Made by a program: the position numbers and the translations under genes
Part shown: in pieces, positions 55,634 through 64,000 of the stretch
Numbering within the stretch: position 1 is the first letter of the stretch
Layout: each line of letters begins with the position of its first letter
NCBI GenBank assembly: GCA_951406725.2
Contig: OX597832.1
Location: forward strand, 10,416,001 to 10,480,000
Direction of reading: 5' to 3'
Source: Octopus vulgaris
Lineage: Eukaryota
Length of the DNA: 64,000 bases
The notes under the pieces: generated by a model
What the model was told of the DNA's origin: nothing
The model's database searches: none
What the model saw: only the letters and a program-made list of their open reading frames with translations

Positions 55634-56250
55634 TATTGTGCTTCTTATTTGAACCTGTGAGTTGCTGTTTAATTGTCGATTGTTAATTTTTATCGTTAAA
55701 CGTTATTGTTACATAGCTTTTTAGTTTTTTGTCTGTCTGAGTTGAGACAGATAAGGAAGAAGTGGGCTGCCCCTCCCTAAGGGAGAGATGGCCAGAAGAA
55801 GCATGTACGAAAGTGTGTCGGATTTATCGACTTCTGACGAAAAACTTGAAAAGGTGATAAAGAAAATGGACAAGCAATTAGGCAACACATACGCAGGAGC
55901 GACAAGAACGGAGGAAAGAGAAATAGACTTGGCCAATTTGGCAAGATATCAGGCATTTATTAAAAAGGTCGGGGGTGAAGTGGAGTATAAAGTGTTTAGA
56001 TTTGAAATAGATGACGAGATAATAACTGAAATGGAAAAGAGATTTGCGATGAAAATAGAGCACAATGTGTATTACATTCTGGATAAAGTATGAAGGACAG
56101 GTAAGTGATGCTAACGGATGTGGCCGTTAGCATCACTTTCATTTATCATGTTCATATTTCATTTTCCATATTTATGTAATTGTGATGTTTCATGTCCCCA
56201 ATGTTTGTATTGTCCCCTCTATGTATCCCTTTATGGGTAATAAAGAAACG
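55634..56250 (+). mobile_element. 617-bp non-LTR retroelement derivative with 13-bp TSD
   Basis: TSD ATGTGTTGTGTGT at 55621-55633 and 56251-56263; internal ORF, 3' hairpin, tail 'gggtaataaagaaa'. Confidence 0.75.
55788..56093 (+). CDS. 101-aa ORF in the retroelement, possibly a truncated LINE ORF1 N-terminus
   Basis: Real ATG in gagATGG context, complex charged sequence without stops in AT-rich DNA; family assignment is inference. Confidence 0.45.
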   Translation: MARRSMYESVSDLSTSDEKLEKVIKKMDKQLGNTYAGATRTEEREIDLANLARYQAFIKKVGGEVEYKVFRFEIDDEIITEMEKRFAMKIEHNVYYILDKV

Positions 56251-56269
56251 ATGTGTTGTGTGTAAAAAC

Positions 56270-56337
56270 ATCCTGACGAGGGGAGTGTCAATTTTAAATA
56301 TATGATATGTTTCATATTAATTGGTGCATCTCCGATA
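56270..56337 (+). ncRNA. Truncated hammerhead-like motif
   Basis: CTGACGA, long imperfect stem (gggag.gtgtcaatt/aattggtgc.tctcc), then GATA instead of GAAA; cut by (TA)n. Confidence 0.35.
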
Positions 56338-56369
56338 GTGTATATATATATATATATATATATGTAAAA

Positions 56370-56657
56370 TTATACAAACTGGAACAAGAACACAAAACAT
56401 TTAGAAGACGATACAAAAAAACACGGAAGGGACATTCGAAGCCTTCAATCATCAGTCAAGAACCAGATCATCCTCGCAATTTCGACTGAGTATTCTTGAG
56501 ATTGCTGCGATCTGGCCAGCCCCAAAGGAAAATCTAAGCCAAGCGCATTAGACTCCTTGGAAGAAAGCCTCGAATGTATACAAAACAAGGATGGGAAAAC
56601 GGACGAGGTTACACGAATAAGAATAAAAACTACGTAGAAACAACATTAATAATAGTA

Positions 56658-56698
<41 letters not shown>

Positions 56699-56875
56699 AA
56701 CAGGACGTCACAGACATGCGTCTTTCGACAGGAAGAGTAAACTTTGAGCTGACGTGCTAGAAAAATGCCTCAGGGCAGAGAGAAAAAAATGTGTCTTGCG
56801 GCGACGACTGCTAAGCACGAAAGTCCAGCAATCGATCAGTCAGTCACGTGTGAGAACAAAGAGGAAAAGAGGGTC
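56370..56875 (-). mobile_element. Unclassified interspersed repeat related to 59150-59700
   Basis: Shared blocks 'cattcg..gccttc..tc.tcagtcaa', 'tctaagc.aag.gcatta', 'gtctttcga', 'agctgacgtg'. Confidence 0.55.
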
Positions 56876-57022
56876 AGATGAATTACATATATATATACTC
56901 ATATATATACATACACGCATATATATATATATATATATATATGCATTTTTCAGTCATTCGCTATGATGGACCGCTGAAATCTACAATTCTCTCTTTTTTA
57001 TTCTCTTTATTTTCTCTTATTT

Positions 57023-57290
57023 CTCTCTGTTGAAGAACGTAGGTTCGAATCGTAAAATATTTTCATTTTTTCAGTCGTCTTCTTTTCTTCTTAAAATTTC
57101 AACTATATATACATGATTGATCGTTAGCTCCTACACGCATTATTTTCTCTCCTTGTTTTTATCTGTGTATCTTTCTGTCGTAGAGCGTAGGCTCGAAACG
57201 TAAAAGACTTTTTTTCTATTCCTGAGCGCTATACTAATGCATTTGTTTGTTTGTACTCCACCTTCCTTCGTCTTTTTTTTAGTTTCGTAA
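57023..57290 (+). mobile_element. pLTR-like repeat with two tandem degenerate hammerhead motifs (57023-57057, 57171-57206)
   Basis: CTGTTGA-a-gaac-gtag-gttc-GAAT-cg-TA and cttt-CTGTCGT-a-gagc-gtag-gctc-GAAA-cg-TA-aaag; downstream 'ttcctgagcg' shared with the 38.7 kb unit. Confidence 0.6.
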
Positions 57291-57451
57291 ACTTTCCATT
57301 TACATATATGTATATATGTGTATGTATGTATGTATTTATGCATGCATGTGCGTGAATTTGTTTGTGTGAATGTTTATGCATAAAAGTATTTCTATGTATA
57401 TATATATGTATGTATATATATATATATATATATATACATACATATATATAT

Positions 57452-57505
<54 letters not shown>

Positions 57506-58393
57506 CACATATATATGTGTGTGTGTGTCTGTATATTTTTATATCTGTATATACACACACGCACACGAATATATGTTTGCATATATATTTTTGGTCTTCT
57601 AAATAGAAATAGAAGGGAGACAAACAGATGGACGGGTAAGTGATTAGTTAGGTACGTAGGTGGGTAAGCAGCCAAGGAAGCAGGCCGGTAGATAGGTAAG
57701 GAGTTAGGTAGGTAGATTGGGAGGTAGGTATGTAGGCAGTCATGCGGGCAGGCACGTAGGTATAACTGTGAGCGGTGCATAGACTGACATATGTCAAAAC
57801 ATCTCTATTTCCTTTCTCGAAAAAGCTTCATGAAATTTAGATGGTCATAATATATGTTAGCTCAAACCACACGGAACTATTATATCTTATGCTTTCTAGT
57901 CGCTTTTTTCACTTCCCTTCATCTAATAAATGTTAACTATCCATTGACAGATATTTTACTACATGGAAGAAAATATGATATAGTAAAGTATAAATAAAGT
58001 AGCAATATGCATAATTGAGTAGAGCGTTTAGATACAAATATTTGTCATAAATTAGCTATGACTACTGATGTTTTTGCTAATGCTCTGCTCATTTGTAGAA
58101 TTGAATCTCCAGTTGATTTTATTATAATTATGTCGCATGGAAAAACACAACACAATTTTTATGATTATCGGTATTTTTTGTTGTGAATGACAAATTTGAA
58201 AATGCCGTATAAAAATATATAATAATAGAATAATTAAATAAGAATTGAAAATTTATTGGTGACGTATAAATAATAGACAATTAATTTGAAATATCAGAAT
58301 GAGCCATCTATTGTGTCCTCCATGTAGATATTTTTTTCCTTTTAATTTCATATCTCTTTATACAAATAACTGCCAATATATGTACGATAGCGT

Positions 58394-58546
58394 ATTTCTG
58401 CTTCTGACTACAAATCGAAACACAAGGCTGTCGTTGGTCGGTGTCTTTAGCAGAAGGCACTTGCCCAAAGTTCCACGTACGGGGACAAAATACGAACTAT
58501 ATTGCATAGAAGCAAATTCCTTCCTGCACCACTATGCCTGCTCCTG
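58394..58546 (-). mobile_element. SINE-A 5' half, diverged
   Basis: 'gcagaaggcacttgcccaaagttccacg'. Confidence 0.65.
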
Positions 58547-59027
58547 TACATATGTGTGTGTTTATGAGTATTTATATGTAGGCGTGTGTGCGTGTGTGTG
58601 TGTGTGCGTACGTGTGTGCGTGTGTGTCTGTGTGTGTATGTGTCTATGTCTGTTTGTCTGTGTCTATGTTTGTGTTTATCTGTTTACTTCTGTTTGTATG
58701 TGTGTGTTTGTGTGTGATTGAGTTAGTATGTGTGTGCATATTTGTGAGTGTATGTGTGTGGATGTGTGTCTCTGTGTCTGTGTGTATCATTCAAAACACT
58801 CAGTATGACGGAAGTTTCACTCATCTATATTGGTTATGATATTCATCGAAAATTTTAACTTATATAACTGTCTGTATCTGAGAAACTCATTGAACTTTCT
58901 GGGAACAATTGAACATTTGATCGCTTAAACATGTTTTTTTTCCTAAGCCCCTTATTTATTATCGTTACCATTGATAAGCCAAGGAATGTGAGAGTGGGGA
59001 GCGAGGAAAAGAAAAATAGAAGAAACT

Positions 59028-59107
59028 TAGAGGGGGACTAAACTTAGAGTCGTACAAAATTTAGATGCATACCTACTATAATGTGAGCACAAGTGTGTAC
59101 TACACCG

Positions 59108-59153
<46 letters not shown>

Positions 59154-59670
59154 TCAATACAGAACAATAAAACATTCGGACAGATAGAGGATACAAGGCG
59201 GTCAAGAGAGACAAAAATTAGAATGAGAGGCCAAAAAAGACGGGTCATTCGTGGCCTTCTTTCCTCAGTCAAATCCCAGAAGTCACGACCGTTTCGGGCA
59301 ATTACACTTGAGGCGGTTCGATCTGGTTCTCTCCTCGAACCCCCCCCCCAAAAAAAAATTCTAAGCTAAGAGCATTATATGCCTTCCTAAGAAAGCTAGC
59401 GAATGTGTACGGCAACAAAAGCATAAATCAGAGAAATTTGTACAGAAAAATACGTAAAAGGGAGGACATGGTACACAATGACGAACACAGGCAACAAGAA
59501 AATAACAACGGGTGTCTTTCGATTAAGAATGAATCAAATTGAAGCTGACGTGTATGAAGCGAAAGCCTAAAGACAGGAACATAGGCGATGGACATAAGAG
59601 TTGTTGGCTGTCGGCAGTCAGGCCAGGAAAGAAAGATCATGGCTGGCCGGACTCAGGTCACTTGGAATGA

Positions 59671-59710
<40 letters not shown>

Positions 59711-60073
59711 GGAGCAGTGGGATTGAAGAATTAGAAAAAATGTCAGAGAGAAAAGGAAAGTTACAAAAAGAAGCGAGTAGGAAATAGTGTGAGGTAAAGA
59801 AAGAGAGCGCAAAATCTGAGAGAGAGGGGGAACAAGAGAAAGAAAGAGGGGGACTGAAAGATAGAGTTTGAGTCGTACAAAATTTAGATACATACCTACC
59901 ACAGGGAGAGCACATGTGTATACTCACGCCGCTATATATATATATATATATATATATAAGGGAACAAAGACGCAATAAAGTACAATAAAGCATTCGGACA
60001 GATAGACGATACAAGGCGGACAAGAGAAACAATAGTTAGGACAGGCAAAAATGACGGGTCATTCATGGCCTTC
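59028..60073. repeat. Partial tandem (~1.3 units, period ~820 bp) of an interspersed repeat
   Basis: 59028-59260 recurs at ~59847-60073 ('gagtcgtacaaaatttagat.catacctac', 'cattcggacagataga.gatacaaggcgg.caagaga', 'gacgggtcattc.tggccttc'). Confidence 0.8.
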
Positions 60074-60988
60074 ATATATATTATCGATATGTAATTAAAA
60101 AATCCAAAGAGCTAATTGCTGGATCTTTTAAGCTTCGCGCAGTCCGTTCTGTGTATAGAAAGGCAACTTTCAGGAACGATAAGTTTCGAAGTTTCTCCAC
60201 CTCGAATTTCGATTAGCTGAATTTTGCTTTTTTGTTTGTTTGTTTTTCAAGCCCAGGATTAGCAACTTGTGTTGATCTTGGTTAGAAACTTGAATGCGAA
60301 CAAAAATTTAATTCGAGGCAGTAGAACAGGCAGAGGCCAGACCCCATATGTTTCCTAGCTAGCCGATCCTCTTATGTAATAATTACTCAACCAGTTGTAC
60401 AAAGATACCTCAGATATATGAAGGCTATATTATTTTTAAAGGATTACAAGTAAACTCGCAGAAAATGTAATTTGAAATGAGTGGTGACGCTAGCGGTACA
60501 GGCTAAATAAATAACAAAGAAAAACAAAGAAGTATAAAAGACATGCTTGTAGAAATAAAATGGTCAGTAAGGAAGAAATGTGAAGGAAGATATCAAATAT
60601 TTTTTTGTAGTGAGTGTTCGTCTAAATTCGTTACGAATAAAGAAAATGAGAGAGGTAAAGAAGCGGGATATAGTGCAGATGGATGCTGACTTTAGTAGAA
60701 TGGTTTCTGTTGATATTAAATTGGAGCTACTTTTCGATGTCTACAATAAAGAGGTACTTGGCGCGCACCCATGCGTAAAAGTTTATACAGTATATATATA
60801 AAAAAAAGAAAAGAAACAGAAACGAAGAGGTCAAATATTCAGGAGTGGGAGTTGGATGAAATAGTTAGGAAAGAAGAGGAGGTAAAACAAAATAGGGAGG
60901 AAGTTGAGAGAAAGTAGTCAGAGTTAAAGTTGGTCGCTTACTACTTCATAGTAGGCAAACATTTTCGCGCAACCGCGAAAATGTTATA

Positions 60989-61084
<96 letters not shown>

Positions 61085-61090
61085 TATATA

Positions 61091-61698
61091 TCTTTTACTC
61101 TTTTACTTGTTTCAGTCACTTGAGTGTGGCCATGTTAGAGCACCGTAATTAGTCGAAAAATTTGACCCCAGGACTTATTCTTTGTAAGCCTAGTACTTAT
61201 TCTATCGTCTCTTTTGCCGAACCGCTACGTTACGGGGGCGTAAACACACCAACATAGCATCGGTTGTCAAGCGATGATGGGGGGAAAACACAGACACACA
61301 TACATATACATATTTATGAAGGCGGCGAGCTTGCAGAAAGGTTAGCACGCCGGGCGAAATGCGTAGCCGTATTTCGTCTGCCGTTACCTTCTGGGTTCAA
61401 ATTCCGCCGAGGTCGATAAATTACGTACCAGTTACGCATTGGGGTCGATGTAATCGGCTTAATCCGTTTGTCTGTCTTTGTTTGTCCCCTCTGTGTTTAG
61501 CCACTTGTGGGTAGTAAAGAAATATACACATATATACGACGTGCTTCTTTCAGTTTCCGTCTACCAAATCCACTCATAAGGCTTTGGTCGGCCCGAAGCG
61601 ATAGCAGAAGACACTTACCCAAGGTGCCACGCAGCGGGACTGATCCCGGAACCATGTGGTTGGTAGCAAGCTACTTACCACATAGCCATTCCTACGCC
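61091..61698 (-). mobile_element. SINE-A copy with nested SINE-B
   Basis: 3' half 61091-61300 and 5' half 61530-61698 match the reverse complement of 21840-22258. Confidence 0.92.
61321..61524 (+). mobile_element. SINE-B nested in SINE-A
   Basis: Head 'ggcggcgagcttgcagaaaggttagcacgccgggcg', B box GGTTCAAATTCC, tail 'ttgtgggtagtaaagaaata'. Confidence 0.9.
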
Positions 61699-61861
61699 TA
61701 TGTATATATATATATGGGAAATGTTAGAATTGATCAACTCTCTCATTTGTCAATTCAGTGAAGGAACAGTATTTGCGTAGAGAAGTGACAACGAGACCAT
61801 CCTATTCGTCATATAAAAATATTCTTTCTCTTGACAAATATATATTTAAAAAAAAAAATTT

Positions 61862-62082
61862 TTTGTACTTGTTTCAGTCATTTGACTGCGGCCATGCTGG
61901 AGCACCGCCTTTAGAGTGGTGAAAGAGTACAGCAGGGATCACCACCATCCCCTGCCGGAGCCTCGTGGAGCTTTTAGGTGTTTTCGCTCAATAAACACAA
62001 ACAACGCCCGGTCTGGGAATCGAAACCGCGATCCTCCGACCGCAAGTCCGCTGCTCTAACCACTAGACCATTGCGCCTCCAC
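61862..62082 (-). mobile_element. Chimeric SINE: distinct tRNA head/body fused to the SINE-A tail
   Basis: Minus strand 'gtggaggcgcaatggtctagtggttagagcagcgg...ggtttcgattcc...tttcaccactc' joined to 'taaaggcggtgctccagcatggccgcagtcaaatgactgaaacaagta'. Confidence 0.8.
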
Positions 62083-62872
62083 ATGTTGCTGCCTTTACAT
62101 TTTTTTTCTTCTTGCTTGATTTCATTATGTCGTGTTTACCTCTTCCTGTTTCTGAGTTCCAACGAAAACAAAATGCATCGAGTAGCATTTTTTCATGGTA
62201 ATTGTATGTTGTTTTTGTTTGTCTTACCATTTTTGTCCTCTTACTTTTTCTAAACCTCCTTCATGTACAATATCATACATCACATTCCGGGTCAAACTAT
62301 TTATTTGTGCTACTATTTGAATGTGTGTGTGTATGGTTTTTTTTTTTTTGGTTTTCTTTTTTTAAATATATATATATACGTATGGAAATCTTGATTTCCT
62401 TTTTACCTGCTCTATAAGTAATAACGACATTTACTGGATAAGAAATTCTCAACCTAATATGATTTATGTACATATATTTGCTAGCACGATAAAAAGAAGT
62501 GTATATAAAATATCATTAGTGTTATAAGAGCAAAATATACTAATCATATAAAGAAAATACTTGGGAATATAAACCGTAGAACATTTATTTTTAGATGAGG
62601 TGATTCCTATGAAAGCCCATAAGAAAACACTTCAAGATAATGTTAAGAAAATATTTCGGAAAACATCGACGTAATAAAAATCTCCCGAGAATGCTCGAAA
62701 GACTAAAACGCATCTCTAATGGAATGTTATGTGTGAGAGGGGCCATTTTGTATACTTAATGTAGGTATTTGCAGCCTCAAACGTGAGTCCATTTTCCATA
62801 CACGCAGTATTAAATAAATCAGCTCTATTTCAGGAGCAGACTTGCGTAAGTAGAGGTTTAGCAGAATAGACG

Positions 62873-62905
<33 letters not shown>

Positions 62906-63266
62906 ATATGAGTACATAAATAGACAACATAGTGGAAAATGTTACCACTCGAATACCTATGAGAGAATAAAATCCTTTTATGAAAGTTGGAATGTTATCA
63001 CAAATCTGTTACTCAGAGTAAAACATTCCTGTTCATGGCAGGAATGCACTATTCAACGAATGTGCATTTGAATTTGTTTGGTAGGCTGATTTTCATACTA
63101 TAACGGTGCCATTTTCGTTTCGAATTTGGTGGTTCGACGAAGTCAAAATAGACAGTAAAATATAAATGTAAATGCTATAAGATAGCAAACCCACCTCGTG
63201 TCGAATGAGAGTAATGACCCGAAAATAAGTTATTAATAATGAAATTGAAATATATATATATACATA

Positions 63267-63398
63267 GGCGCTGGTGTGGATTTGTGGTAAGTAGCTTGCG
63301 TGGCATCTTGAGTAAGTGTCTTCTTCTATAGCTTCGGGCCGATCAAAGATTATGAGAGTATTTTGGTAGACTGAAACTGAAAGAAGCCCCTTGTATGT

Positions 63399-63449
<51 letters not shown>

Positions 63450-63673
63450 TTGTGTGTCTGTGTGTATGTTTTGGTGTGTGTTTCTGTCCCTCTCACCATC
63501 GTTTGACAACCTATGCTAGTGCGTTTACGTCCCCGCATCTTAGCGGTTGGGCAAAATAGACCGATATAATAAGTAGAAGGCTTGCAAAGAATAAGTCCTG
63601 CGATCAATTTTCTCGACTAAACGTGGTTAATGCATCATGGCTACAGTCAAAATGACTGAAACAAGTAAAAGAA
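63267..63673 (+). mobile_element. SINE-A copy with head deletion
   Basis: 'tgtggtaagtagcttgc|gtggcatcttg', 'gaaactgaaagaagccc', 'aaatgactgaaacaagtaaaag'. Confidence 0.88.
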
Positions 63674-64000
63674 ATATATATGATGTATATATTCATATGT
63701 GTGTGTGTGTGTGTATAAACGTATCTATAAATACATTAGTATCATATGTAGTATATCTATGCATAATACATATGTACTTATGCATAAACCGACTTGTTCA
63801 AAATATGCACCCTCGCACCATAGTTTATTTCTCGTTATTGTTTTCAGATCCGGCTTAAAACCCAGATTGAAAAAGTATAAGGATTTAGCGATTGGCCTGT
63901 TGTAATAATGAATACAACAGTGCTTGTGCTCCCAAATTGAAAAGTAAAATATAGAAATATAGAAATATAAAAATATAATGACATATAAATAATATATTAA

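Noticed and set aside
56101-56145. Rho-independent terminator
   Set aside because: Hairpin plus T-rich run resembles one, but the context is a eukaryotic retroelement 3' UTR.

Overview
AT-rich eukaryotic DNA saturated with (TA)n, (CA)n, (GA)n and (GATA)n microsatellites. No host protein-coding exon could be supported, so the window looks intergenic or deep-intronic; nearly all ORFs in the track are microsatellite read-throughs or transposon fragments. The SINE families match my recollection of Octopus repeats, so an octopod cephalopod is likely (inference, not searched). Contents: about 11 copies of a tRNA-derived SINE with an internal microsatellite ('SINE-A'), about 6 CORE-like SINEs ('SINE-B'), a third SINE with a clean TSD, one chimeric SINE, three decayed mariners, a Tc1 5' end, RTE LINE ends, a probable Helitron 5' end, fold-back elements and several Penelope-like (PLE) RT/GIY-YIG relics. 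SINE-A/B/C are my labels. Most notable: (1) about ten minimal type-I hammerhead-ribozyme motifs of several unrelated sequence families, mostly in short elements sitting in (TA)n tracts, two with intact cores; (2) a ~2.7 kb head-to-head Penelope palindrome; (3) a 617-bp TSD-flanked retroelement with an open 101-aa ORF, a perfect hairpin over a splice donor, and a 3' tail shared with SINE-B. All alignments were by eye; element boundaries are approximate unless a TSD or stem is quoted.
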